DNA from: Rikenellaceae bacterium
Lineage (GTDB): Bacteria > Bacteroidota > Bacteroidia > Bacteroidales > Rikenellaceae
Assembly: GCA_031554415.1 (NCBI GenBank)
Contig: JAVBVG010000013.1
Location: 2,352 to 66,351, forward strand
Direction: 5' to 3'
DNA length: 64,000 nucleotides
The translations under genes and the position numbers were made by a program. Of the stretch, positions 17,836-27,046 are shown one piece after another. Positions within the stretch are counted from its first letter, which is position 1. The number at the start of each line of letters is the position of its first letter. The notes under the pieces are model-generated. The model worked only from the letters and a program-made list of their open reading frames with translations. It did no database searches and was not told the DNA's origin.

Positions 17836-18612
17836 TTACTTTCTATATGTGTAGTAAGCATTTGCTTGTTGTTGGGGCGTGATGGCGATCTCGTCGATGT
17901 TGACATGAGCTGGCTGCGTTACGGCCCACAGTATCGCCGACGCGATGTCTTCGGCGGTCAGGGGTTCCACCCCTTCGTAGACTGCCGCCGCACGGGTTTC
18001 GTCGCCGTGGAAACGCACCTCCGAGAACTCGGTTTCGACCATGCCCGGACGGATCTCCGTCACCTTTATCCCGTGCCGCACCAGATCGACGCGCATCCCC
18101 TCGGAGAGCGCCCTGACGGCGTGTTTCGTGGCGCAATAGACCGCGCCGTTCTCATAGACCTGTTTGCCCGCGATCGAGCCAATGTTCACTATGTGTCCAC
18201 TGCCGCATTCGATCATCAGGTTGGAAACCACGCGCGTTACGTACAGCAGCCCTTTGATGTTGGTGTCGATCATCGCCTCCCAGTCCGGCAGGTCGCCTTC
18301 GTTGATATGTTCCAGCCCGGCGGCAAGCCCCGCGTTGTTGACCAGGATGTCGATGCGGCGCCATTTTCCCGGCAGCGTGCCGAGCGTGGCGGCCACCTGG
18401 TGGTAGTCGCGCACGTCGAAAGGCAGCGCCAGAACGTCCACGCCGTACTCCGCCTTCAGCTCCTGTTTGAACCCCTTGAGCCTTTCGGCGCGGCGTCCGG
18501 TGATGATGACGTTCCACCCCCGGGCCGCGAAAAGCCTTGCGGTGGCCTCGCCGATGCCCGACGTGGCCCCGGTAACCAATGCGTTGAGTTTTGCCGTTTC
18601 CATACCGCTCAA
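17836..18612 (-). CDS. SDR-family NADP-dependent oxidoreductase
   Basis: It carries the cofactor motif TGATSGIGEA and the catalytic YxxxK (YCATKHA). Confidence 0.9.
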   Translation of the reverse strand: MSGMETAKLNALVTGATSGIGEATARLFAARGWNVIITGRRAERLKGFKQELKAEYGVDVLALPFDVRDYHQVAATLGTLPGKWRRIDILVNNAGLAAGLEHINEGDLPDWEAMIDTNIKGLLYVTRVVSNLMIECGSGHIVNIGSIAGKQVYENGAVYCATKHAVRALSEGMRVDLVRHGIKVTEIRPGMVETEFSEVRFHGDETRAAAVYEGVEPLTAEDIASAILWAVTQPAHVNIDEIAITPQQQANAYYTYRK

Positions 18613-18668
18613 TTTTTGGTAAAAGTACTAAATTTATGTTATTTTTGTAAGTTGTTGAAGCATATTGT

Positions 18669-19916
18669 ATGTCTAAATTCAATGCCGAACTTTTTATCGC
18701 ACGGCGCATAGGGTCGTCGCGCGAGGGGAACAGCCGCGGGGTGATGGTGCGCATCGCCATCGCCACCGCCGCCGTCAGCCTCGCCGTGATGATCGTCGCC
18801 GTGGCCGTCATAATGGGTTTCCGCAACGAGATATCGGCGAAAATTTCGGGTTTCGGCGGCCATCTGCGCATCTCGGCGCTCGATTACGGAATGTCCGCCG
18901 AAAGCCGCCCCATACGTCTCGACACCGCGCTCGAAGAGGATATCGCCGCCATTCCGGGATTCCGCTCCATCGCCCCTTTCGCGCTGAAAGGCGGACTGAT
19001 AAAGACCGATGACGCCACCCAGGGGATCATGCTGAAAGGGGTGGACGGGGGTTACGACTGGTCGTTTTTCGAAGGCTATATGCAGGAAGGCGCGCTGCCC
19101 CGCGTGGGCGACAGCGTGCGCCACAAGGATATCCTCATCTCGCGCTCCGTTGCGCGGATGCTCAAATTAGGGGTCGACGACCGCGTCGAAATACTTTTCG
19201 TCCACGCCGACCGTCCTCCGCGCCGCGACCGCTTCCGCGTCAGCGGCATCTATTCGTCGGGCCTCGAGGAGATGGACCGCGGTTTCGTCCTTACCGAGAT
19301 AGCCAACGTGCAGAGGCTCAATGGCTGGGATGCCGGCCAGGTTACAGGCTACGAAATCGCGCTGAACGACCTCGGGCGGTTGGAGGAGTTCGAAAAAGAG
19401 GCTTACGTGCGCGCGCTCGAACACGAGAACGAGCAGCCGCTGATGGCGCGGACCATATACGGCGAGTACCCCCAGCTGTTCGACTGGCTCAAGACGCACG
19501 ATGTGAACGCCGTCGTAATAATCACCATAATGCTTGTCGTGGCGCTGTTCAGCATGATCTCGGCGCTGCTCATAATCCTTTTGGAACGCACCTCGATGAT
19601 CGGCATACTGAAAGCGCTGGGGATGAAGAACGGACAGGTGCGCAGGATATTCATCTTCCGCTCGGCCTATATCCTGCTTGTCGGACTGCTGATAGGCAAC
19701 GCCGTGGGGATAGGGCTCGCCCTCGTCCAGAAGTACACCAGCGCGGTCAAACTCGACGAGTCGGGGTACTTCCTCTCGTCGGTGCCCATCGACCTCGGCT
19801 GGGAGTGGATAGTCGGGCTTAACCTCGTGACGCTCGCCGTGATCCTGGCGCTGCTGGTCCTCCCGACAAATATAGTTAGCCGCATAACTCCCGAAAAAAC
19901 AATTCGTTACCAATAA
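18669..19916 (+). CDS. FtsX/LolE-like ABC transporter permease
   Basis: The layout is an N-terminal TM helix, a MacB-type periplasmic domain, then three C-terminal TM helices. It is 415 aa. Confidence 0.85.
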   Translation: MSKFNAELFIARRIGSSREGNSRGVMVRIAIATAAVSLAVMIVAVAVIMGFRNEISAKISGFGGHLRISALDYGMSAESRPIRLDTALEEDIAAIPGFRSIAPFALKGGLIKTDDATQGIMLKGVDGGYDWSFFEGYMQEGALPRVGDSVRHKDILISRSVARMLKLGVDDRVEILFVHADRPPRRDRFRVSGIYSSGLEEMDRGFVLTEIANVQRLNGWDAGQVTGYEIALNDLGRLEEFEKEAYVRALEHENEQPLMARTIYGEYPQLFDWLKTHDVNAVVIITIMLVVALFSMISALLIILLERTSMIGILKALGMKNGQVRRIFIFRSAYILLVGLLIGNAVGIGLALVQKYTSAVKLDESGYFLSSVPIDLGWEWIVGLNLVTLAVILALLVLPTNIVSRITPEKTIRYQ

Positions 19917-19938
19917 TATGAGTTAAATTGTGAATATT

Positions 19939-20463
19939 ATGAGCAATGTAAATCTCACGGAAATACTACATCCTAAGATGGATATACTCTTCGTGGCACT
20001 TAATCCGCCTCAGAAATCCAACTCAAATGGACATTATTTCTCTGGTAATAAGTCATTTTGGAATTTGTTATATCAGTCAGGACTTATAACTCAAGAAGTT
20101 GTATCGCCATTAACCGGAGATAATGAGGTTTTTAGGCAGAATACAATAAATTATAAAAATAGCGTATTTGGAATTACAGATTTGGTTCATGATGTTGTTC
20201 AAACTAATAGCAGTGGGGTAAAAGTGGCTCAAGACAGAATAGATAGAGTTCTTAAATTATTAGCGAAACATGATGTGAAAAATATGTGTATCATTCATTC
20301 AAAAGTTGGCAAAGCATTTGAAAATATTCCTAGGCTAAACCGCCAACAAAGATACGGTCTAATAGGTCGTTTAGGTAATACATATGTATATGAAATGCCA
20401 TTCCATAATGCGTCAATTGCTAATAAAGAAAAAGAATATCGGAAGCTAATATCTGCGCTTTAG
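19939..20463 (+). CDS. Divergent Mug/TDG-family (UDG family 2-like) DNA glycosylase
   Basis: ILFVALNPPQKSNSNGHYFSGNKSFWNLLYQSGLI aligns by eye with E. coli Mug [41 protein letters not shown] aligns with GVTKLV. The gene is strongly AT-rich; I counted about 38 % GC in its first 100 nt. Confidence 0.65.
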   Translation: MSNVNLTEILHPKMDILFVALNPPQKSNSNGHYFSGNKSFWNLLYQSGLITQEVVSPLTGDNEVFRQNTINYKNSVFGITDLVHDVVQTNSSGVKVAQDRIDRVLKLLAKHDVKNMCIIHSKVGKAFENIPRLNRQQRYGLIGRLGNTYVYEMPFHNASIANKEKEYRKLISAL

Positions 20464-20493
20464 TTTTTAGAGTAACAAAACAAAAACGGATAG

Positions 20494-21201
20494 ATGATTT
20501 CTGCGCCAGGAAAGAAACAGCGGGTCGAGGAGATGTTCGACAGCATTGCGCCGACTTACGACCGGCTCAACCATCTGCTGTCGATGCAGGTCGACCGTTC
20601 GTGGCGCCGTAAAACAGTCCGCATGATTGCGAAGAACCCGCCGGCGGAGATAATCGACGTTGCGACCGGCACCGGCGACCTTGCCATCGCCCTTGCACAG
20701 AAGATGCCGGACGCACGGGTGACGGGTGTCGATATCTCCGAAAACATGCTTGCGATAGGCCGTCGGAAAGTGGCGGAAAAGGGACTCGGCGGGCGGATAA
20801 CCCTGCAGGCGGGCGACGCCGAGGCGCTGGATTTTCCGGACTGCCGGTTCGACTGCGTGACGGCCGCTTTCGGGGTGCGCAATTTCGGCGACATTGGGGC
20901 CGGCCTGCGCGAAATGTGCCGCGTGACGCGTCCCGGAGGCGAGTGTTTCGTGTTGGAATTCTCGGAGCCGACCGTTCCGCTGTTCAGTTGGGCGTACCGC
21001 ATATATTTCCACAGGATACTGCCCGGGGTGGGGCGCATCGTGTCGAAAGACAGAGGCGCGTACAGCTATCTGCCACAGTCCGTCGGAGGTTTTCCTGCGC
21101 CGGAACATTTCGCGGAGATGCTCCGTGAAGCCGGTTTTTCGGAAATTTCCAGACGCCGCCTGACCTTCGGCGTCGCGTATGTTTACACGGCTGTAAAATG
21201 A
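20494..21201 (+). CDS. ubiE: Demethylmenaquinone/ubiquinone methyltransferase
   Basis: It has FDSIAPTYDRLNHLLS and the SAM motif DVATGTGD. Confidence 0.92.
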   Translation: MISAPGKKQRVEEMFDSIAPTYDRLNHLLSMQVDRSWRRKTVRMIAKNPPAEIIDVATGTGDLAIALAQKMPDARVTGVDISENMLAIGRRKVAEKGLGGRITLQAGDAEALDFPDCRFDCVTAAFGVRNFGDIGAGLREMCRVTRPGGECFVLEFSEPTVPLFSWAYRIYFHRILPGVGRIVSKDRGAYSYLPQSVGGFPAPEHFAEMLREAGFSEISRRRLTFGVAYVYTAVK

Positions 21202-21659
21202 GAAAAGCCTTATTCATATTCTGTGCGGCATTTTTGCTGTGCGCGTGTAATCCGGCGGCGAAGTTCAGCGTTATCGAGGCGGGAGAGCCTGCTTTCAACG
21301 GGCTGAAGTCGGTGCACGGTAAGGCCGTTGTGGAGAACGCCGCGAAAAAAAATCTTGTCGTAGAGAGTGCCGATCTGACTTTTCGGTATAAAAACCGCAA
21401 ATTGGCAACTGCACGTCTGATGCTGCCGATAGAGGTTCCGGCAGGGGAGGTTTCGCGCGTGCGATATGACCTTAAACTGGAATCGGAATCGCTGTCGAAT
21501 CTCCAGACGCTGCAAAACCGCATGCAGACGAATCCCTCGCAGATATTCGTCGATGTTACGGCCTGGGTGCGCTACGGCGGGATGCGCAGGAAAATCGAGA
21601 TGAAAGATGTGCCGTATATCGGGATTATTAGTAACTTTGAACGGTTGAAAACGGAATGA
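21198..21659 (+). CDS. Lipoprotein of unknown function (LEA2-like by eye)
   Basis: The lipobox is LLCACN. Its start overlaps the ubiE stop (ATGA). Confidence 0.5.
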   Translation: MRKALFIFCAAFLLCACNPAAKFSVIEAGEPAFNGLKSVHGKAVVENAAKKNLVVESADLTFRYKNRKLATARLMLPIEVPAGEVSRVRYDLKLESESLSNLQTLQNRMQTNPSQIFVDVTAWVRYGGMRRKIEMKDVPYIGIISNFERLKTE

Positions 21660-22159
21660 ACGCCATGAAAAAAATAGTCATACTGTTGGTTTTTGCGACT
21701 TTGGCGCTCGATGCCGGTGCTCAGGGGATACAGCGCGCGCGCGCCGATCTGTCCCGTCAGGGTGCTAACAGGGCGCGTATCGAGGTAATCGAAGAGCCCG
21801 ATGCCGCACGCGCCGTGACTGCTGCAGACCGGGTGACGCGGAAGGATAAGATCACCGGCTACCGCGTCAGCCTCTTCCGCGACAACAGCCAGACCGCGGG
21901 CGAGAACGCGCGCTCGGTTGCGGCGCAGTTCCGCGAGCAGTTTCCCGACATCCCCGTGCAGGTGGCCTACGAAAGCCCCTATTTCAAGGTGACGGCCGGG
22001 AACTTCGTGGATAAGGTCGACGCCATCGCGTTATGCGGTAAGGCGTTGGCGCATTTCCCGAAAGCGGTCGTGATGCAGGAGGAGATATCCGTGCAGGACA
22101 TCGTGTCGCAGCAAAAGCTGGCCGGTAAAGATTTTTTTTCGGAACCGCTTGAAAATTAG
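21656..22159 (+). CDS. SPOR-domain protein
   Basis: A signal peptide is followed by a C-terminal SPOR-like stretch, GYRVSLFRD...YFKVTAGNF. Confidence 0.75.
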   Translation: MNAMKKIVILLVFATLALDAGAQGIQRARADLSRQGANRARIEVIEEPDAARAVTAADRVTRKDKITGYRVSLFRDNSQTAGENARSVAAQFREQFPDIPVQVAYESPYFKVTAGNFVDKVDAIALCGKALAHFPKAVVMQEEISVQDIVSQQKLAGKDFFSEPLEN

Positions 22160-22219
22160 CGAGCATTGAATATATTTGCAGTGTGGTTCATTAAACAAAT
22201 AACTCAAACACTCCCGCGT

Positions 22220-22444
22220 ATGAAAAAAATTTTTACAATGATCGCAATTGCGGCTTTCATGGCCGCTTGCTGCGGAAACGCCAACAAGAAAGCTAAAGCT
22301 GTCGAAGAACAGAAAGCTGAAGTCGAGGCCGTTGTTGACACCTGCAAAGGCGAATGTGCTGAAGACAAAGCCTGCTGCGAAGGCGAAGCCGAAGTTAAAG
22401 CCGAAGTGGAAGAAACCGTGACCGAAGGCGCCGCTGAAATCTAA
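22220..22444 (+). CDS. Small acidic Cys-rich lipoprotein (74 aa)
   Basis: The N-terminus is MKKIFTMIAIAAFMAACCGN. The mature part is Glu/Ala/Lys-rich and contains CKGEC...ACCEGE. Confidence 0.55.
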   Translation: MKKIFTMIAIAAFMAACCGNANKKAKAVEEQKAEVEAVVDTCKGECAEDKACCEGEAEVKAEVEETVTEGAAEI

Positions 22445-22480
22445 GCGACCTCTTTTAACGACGTTTCTTTAGCAATGTAA

Positions 22481-22519
22481 AATCCCCGCGAACCGTCTGT
22501 TCGCGGGGATTTTTATTTT
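22481..22519 (+). terminator. Strong intrinsic terminator
   Basis: A 12-bp stem, atccccgcgaac/gttcgcggggat, is followed by tttttatttt. Confidence 0.7.
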
Positions 22520-22595
22520 GTCGGCTGGCCGCTGATAATCAGTGATATATGGCGGACAGGCGATTATACTTTTTCGGAATTTTACGCCGGGGGTC

Positions 22596-22626
22596 TTGAC
22601 AAGGGCTTCCCGGCGTATTATATTTG
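22596..22626 (+). promoter_or_regulatory. Consensus-like promoter facing the phage-like cluster
   Basis: TTGACA lies at 22596..22601. After a 17-nt spacer comes TATATTTG at 22619..22626, which also satisfies the Bacteroidetes -7 box TAnnTTTG. Confidence 0.4.
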
Positions 22627-22880
22627 TTCCGAATACAGGATGCGCTTCGGACAAATCCAAGCAAGCTTGTTTTGCCTCTCGGCTTTCACTGTATTTGCCG
22701 AAGATCAAAAATTCCGGACGGGCCGGATCCTTCCGCCCGCAACATAAAAAGCGCGCTTTACAGAAATTTTTTTCGCGCCGCCGGAAATCTGAAAACCGAA
22801 TGTTAATAAATCAATGGGAGTTCTGCCTGTTGATAACCGCGCCACCGTTTCCCGTCTTCCGGCGCGCCTAAAAACTCGTT

Positions 22881-23123
22881 ATGAGTCCGAAAAAAACATC
22901 CTGCGAAGAAAATTCCGCACAAACCGGAACCGGCCGCCCGGCCGGCTGCTTCGATCTCAAATCTCTGGAACAGAAAAGTCTGGCATCGATGGAGGATGCC
23001 CTATCCTCGGTGCGCGAACTCTCGGCCGCCAGGCTCGATGCGAAACTCTCGGTGGCGCGCCTTGCCGGTGTCGCCCGCGAACTGCGCGAACTTATCAAGG
23101 TCATGTCGGTCTACGGATATTGA
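22881..23123 (+). CDS. Hypothetical small protein (80 aa), predicted helical
   Basis: The call rests on the ORF only. The C-terminal half has a heptad-like Leu/Ala/Arg pattern. It competes with Arg-rich shadow ORFs in other frames. Confidence 0.3.
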   Translation: MSPKKTSCEENSAQTGTGRPAGCFDLKSLEQKSLASMEDALSSVRELSAARLDAKLSVARLAGVARELRELIKVMSVYGY

Positions 23124-23212
23124 TAAACAAGCCTGTTGTCATCATGTGCTGACAGTTTTTCAACACTCTTTCGACGCGTTTTCAACAAATATTATCAGTA
23201 AAATAAGCACAC

Positions 23213-23614
23213 ATGAAAAAAGAAGAATTAACGGATATCCTGCGCGCCGCCGCGACCGGCGCGGGATACGCATTCCACACGGGAGCCGCCCACCGGATGA
23301 ACGGAGCGATCCGCGTGTATCCGGCGGCGTGGCTCGAACCCCCGGTGCTGAAATCGGCCGAAGGGCGCATGGAGGGCGACCTGACCTACCGCGTGACACT
23401 CCATATGATGGCGCTGCCCGCCTCGGCCGATAAGGAAGCGCTGTGGACGAAACTCGAGGAGGACGCCCTTGCCGTTGCGCGCGCCATCGCTTCAAATCCT
23501 GCGGTAAGCCGGATTGCCGATATTTCGTACGCCCCGGCGGAACAGTCGCTGACCGCACACGGCGAGGTCTCGATCGCGCTCGCCTGCGACATCGCCATGT
23601 GGTATTACATTTAA
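23213..23614 (+). CDS. Hypothetical virion-associated protein (133 aa; size and position compatible with a head-tail/neck protein)
   Basis: Codon usage is clean and it is tightly packed with the downstream ORFs. I recognised no diagnostic motif. Confidence 0.55.
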   Translation: MKKEELTDILRAAATGAGYAFHTGAAHRMNGAIRVYPAAWLEPPVLKSAEGRMEGDLTYRVTLHMMALPASADKEALWTKLEEDALAVARAIASNPAVSRIADISYAPAEQSLTAHGEVSIALACDIAMWYYI

Positions 23615-23634
23615 AAAATACATAACTCATAATT

Positions 23635-24654
23635 ATGAATGTAATCTCTTGTCCAAAGGCCTATCAGTCGGCTTTCCGCGACGCATGTTTCGTGCTGGAC
23701 GGATTCTCGACATCCTCGGGTGTCGACGTGACGATATCCTCGTTTTCGCAGTACGGCGGCTTAGGGGTGAAGCGCGTCTACGCCTCGGGTGAGGTATCCG
23801 TGAACGCCGCCCCCTACATACGCCGCCTGCTGGCGCCCGAACCTGTGTGCGGGACCCCGCTGGGCGTTTATCTCGCCGTGAAACGGGCGGTCACATGTTA
23901 TGTTTCCGCCGAGGGGAGCAACTCGCCGGCCGTTTACCTTACCGGAGGTTCGGAGGACGCTCCCGTAGATACCATCGCTTCGGCGTCGCCCGGCGTGCTG
24001 AAGATACGCATGGGCGAAACCGACGAACTTTCGGTAGTCACAAGTGGAGGCAGGATAAAGCCGCTGATAAAATTCCGCCACGAAGGGGTCGAATACACCG
24101 ACCGCTCGCAGATATACTCCGCCAGCACCGAGATGCAGGCGGTCGTCGTGAATGCGGACGATATAGGAAGGCTGTTTACAGCGAATACGGGCGCCCCCGT
24201 GTCGGAAATGACGGAATTTACGATCTCGCTGGAGATAAGGGTGGGTTCGTCGGATATTTATGTCGACCGCCGCTACGAGATAGACCGCAACACGGGCAGG
24301 GGACGCCGGCTCGCCTGGGTCAACAGATACGGTGCAATAGACTATTACACGTTTCCTTATGTCGCGGGCGGCCGGGTTTCTGGCAGCCGCGGGAGGATAT
24401 ACACTCCCGACGGTTACCGCACTGTGGCCACGTCGGCCGAAACCGCGGAAACGCTCCTGTCGGAGCCGTGCGACGCGGCCTGTGCCGGATGGCTCTCCGA
24501 GATATTCTCGTCGCCCGCCGTATGGACGGTCGACGGAACGCACTTCGAAAAGGTGGAGGTCGCGGCCGGTTCGGCGGAATACCCGTCGGCGCATCCCGCA
24601 ACTGTCGCCGTAACTGTCAGTCCCGCCGAAAAACCATTCTCACGGAAATACTGA
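23635..24654 (+). CDS. Hypothetical structural protein (339 aa)
   Basis: Long ORF, 7 nt from the next gene. I recognised no motif. Confidence 0.6.
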   Translation: MNVISCPKAYQSAFRDACFVLDGFSTSSGVDVTISSFSQYGGLGVKRVYASGEVSVNAAPYIRRLLAPEPVCGTPLGVYLAVKRAVTCYVSAEGSNSPAVYLTGGSEDAPVDTIASASPGVLKIRMGETDELSVVTSGGRIKPLIKFRHEGVEYTDRSQIYSASTEMQAVVVNADDIGRLFTANTGAPVSEMTEFTISLEIRVGSSDIYVDRRYEIDRNTGRGRRLAWVNRYGAIDYYTFPYVAGGRVSGSRGRIYTPDGYRTVATSAETAETLLSEPCDAACAGWLSEIFSSPAVWTVDGTHFEKVEVAAGSAEYPSAHPATVAVTVSPAEKPFSRKY

Positions 24655-24661
24655 CGCGCAT

Positions 24662-27043
24662 ATGGAACTCTACATCGACAACAAGCGGGTGGATACCGAC
24701 GCCGCGACGGCCGTTTCGATATCGCTCTCGGTAACGACCATAACCGATCCGCAGAAAGGGCGCACGGGCTACACGCGCAGCATCAGGATCCCGATGACGC
24801 CCGGTAACGACGCCGTTTTCGGATACGCAGGCGAGATCCACGGACGCGACCGCTTCAACGCCGCGCAGCATATCGGGCGGATCGAACACGACGGCGCCGT
24901 GCTGATCGAGGGGCCGCTCTATTTGAGCCTGTGCGAGCGTTCGGGCGGCGGCGGAAGCTACGAGGTCCACATTATCGGCGCCTCGAAGGAGTGGGCGCGC
25001 AGAGCCGCCGCGCTGGGACTGCAGTCGACGGAGATCGATTTTTCGAAAACTCTGAGCGCCGCCGCCATTTTTGCGAGCTGGACGGGCGACACCCCGGTCA
25101 GGTTCCTGCCCGTGATGCGCGAAAAGACCACCTACGATTACACGTCGGGCAGCGTCATCCCGGCCATGAAGGTGCTCACGTGCGACGATTACCACCCCTT
25201 CATCCACGCCGCGACGCTGCTGAGGGCCGTCTTCGCCGGAAGCGGCTACACGGTCCAATCGGATTTTCTCTCCGGAGGGCTCTTCTCGTCGCTCTATATC
25301 AGCGGCAACTATCCGACCAGCGACGTTTCCGTTCTGAAGTCCAACATGGATTTTCTGGCACGCCGTTTCGCGCCGCGTTCGGCCATAGCCAACGTGATGG
25401 GGCGCGTCTACGCCGATCCCTACCGCACGGCCTACACCGTCGGCAACATCGTCGACACGGCCGATCCGTCGCAGTCGTCGGGAGGGGTGTCGTACGACGA
25501 CGTCTACACCAATAACGGATGCTTCCAGATGGATGACGACCGCGTCATGTTCATGCCCACAGGGACGGTTTCGGTCGGATTCCAGTACCACCTGAAGTAC
25601 ACCACCGACTATTACATGAAGGACCGCACCGAGTTGACCGGGTTCAACCGCGTCTACCTGGGAGGGGATTCGCCGAGGATATTCAAACTGGTTAACACCT
25701 ATCCCGACCGCCGTGCGTCGTTCCGCCAGGCGCGCACCTACACCCTCGCGGTCTTCAACCATGTCGCGGGACGCCAGTACCAGATGCGCTACACGGCGGA
25801 AACCTTGTCCGGGGGCACGACCACGGTGAACCTAGCGGTGGTTTCGACGCGCTTTTCCACGGCGACCATAACGACCTCGCAGCCGGTCAGCAACCCCGTG
25901 CTCTATTACCGCACATCATCAACCGGAAGCTGGTACGCTTACGCCGACGACTGGGCACTGTACGACGGTTTCGTGACGGAAAGAGGGACAGCCGACGTCG
26001 AGCTGACCATGCGCACGGCCCCCGAAACCGTCACGCGGGCAAAACCGAAATTCTTCGACTCGATCTATTTCGGAGGAGCCGATCCGGGAATGACCCTCAC
26101 TGTGAGCGATAAAACATGGGTGCGCCCGGTTTTCTACGCCCAGCCTACCGAGGGGTCGACGGTTTCGTTCGCCGACGTGGCCGCCCACGGCGCGACGCAG
26201 ATGGATTTCATTAACGCCATGCGCCAGATGTTCAACCTCTGCTTCCATACCGACAACCGGGCGAAGATAGTGCGTATCGAACCGCGCGAGGATTTCTATA
26301 CCGCCGGGCGCATTGTCGATTGGACATCCCGGATCGACATGGACAAACCAATCACGGTGGAGGAACTCGGCGGAGACCTGTCGCGGACGATGGCTTGGAG
26401 ATACCGGTCGGGCGACGGCGCCGTGGCGCGCCGCAACCGTTCGGCGGGGGAGACGATGGGGTACTGGAGCGCCGATGTGGAGAACACCGCCGCCGCCGAT
26501 TCGGTGTCGGTTTGGGAGAACGCCATGTTCACCTGCTCGCTCAACGCCTCCAATGCCTATCTCGGCGCACAGTCGGCGTCGCTCGTCCAGGCGGGGGACA
26601 CATCCGTCGAAACGCTCGACCGCACCGAGGATCTCAATTTCGAGCCGAAAGTCGTGCGCTACGAAGGGCTGAAAACGCTTCCCGCCAACGAACTGTGGGG
26701 CTGGCCCTCCGATGCGCCCGCCTATCCCAAACTGGCTTTCCACGATCCGGCGGCAGGCTATACGCTCTGTTTCGAAGACCGCGACGGATGCACCGGGCTC
26801 CATTCGCGATACGACCGTGATGTAAGACTGTGGAACAACTCGCGCCGCGTGACGCTGTGGCTCGACCTCGATCCGGTCGATGTGGAGTCGCTCTCTTTCC
26901 CCACCGGGACCGGTCCCGATTTCCATACGCTCTTCCGCCTCGACCTCGACGGCGAACAGGGCCTCTACACCCTCGAAGAGGTGTGTAATTACGACCCTTC
27001 GGCAGCCTCGACAAAATGTATTTTCATCAAACACATACCGTAA
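24662..27043 (+). CDS. Large hypothetical structural protein (793 aa), putative tail/receptor-binding component
   Basis: It is the largest ORF of the cluster. The N-terminus MELYIDNKRVD... resembles the style of phage tail proteins. No P-loop is visible. Confidence 0.6.
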   Translation: MELYIDNKRVDTDAATAVSISLSVTTITDPQKGRTGYTRSIRIPMTPGNDAVFGYAGEIHGRDRFNAAQHIGRIEHDGAVLIEGPLYLSLCERSGGGGSYEVHIIGASKEWARRAAALGLQSTEIDFSKTLSAAAIFASWTGDTPVRFLPVMREKTTYDYTSGSVIPAMKVLTCDDYHPFIHAATLLRAVFAGSGYTVQSDFLSGGLFSSLYISGNYPTSDVSVLKSNMDFLARRFAPRSAIANVMGRVYADPYRTAYTVGNIVDTADPSQSSGGVSYDDVYTNNGCFQMDDDRVMFMPTGTVSVGFQYHLKYTTDYYMKDRTELTGFNRVYLGGDSPRIFKLVNTYPDRRASFRQARTYTLAVFNHVAGRQYQMRYTAETLSGGTTTVNLAVVSTRFSTATITTSQPVSNPVLYYRTSSTGSWYAYADDWALYDGFVTERGTADVELTMRTAPETVTRAKPKFFDSIYFGGADPGMTLTVSDKTWVRPVFYAQPTEGSTVSFADVAAHGATQMDFINAMRQMFNLCFHTDNRAKIVRIEPREDFYTAGRIVDWTSRIDMDKPITVEELGGDLSRTMAWRYRSGDGAVARRNRSAGETMGYWSADVENTAAADSVSVWENAMFTCSLNASNAYLGAQSASLVQAGDTSVETLDRTEDLNFEPKVVRYEGLKTLPANELWGWPSDAPAYPKLAFHDPAAGYTLCFEDRDGCTGLHSRYDRDVRLWNNSRRVTLWLDLDPVDVESLSFPTGTGPDFHTLFRLDLDGEQGLYTLEEVCNYDPSAASTKCIFIKHIP

Positions 27044-27046
27044 ACC

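Noticed and set aside
22814-23433. Overlapping + strand ORFs (22814..23152, 22996..23433) and minus ORF 23160..23630 near the left edge of the phage-like cluster
   Set aside because: They are Arg/Pro-rich and mutually overlapping. They are outcompeted by 23213..23614, which has normal composition. Only 22881..23123 is retained, at low confidence.
24662-27043. Idea that the 793-aa protein is a T7 gp12-type tail tubular protein B because of its near-identical length
   Set aside because: Only the length coincides. I could find no sequence resemblance from memory, so the call is left as an unknown structural protein.
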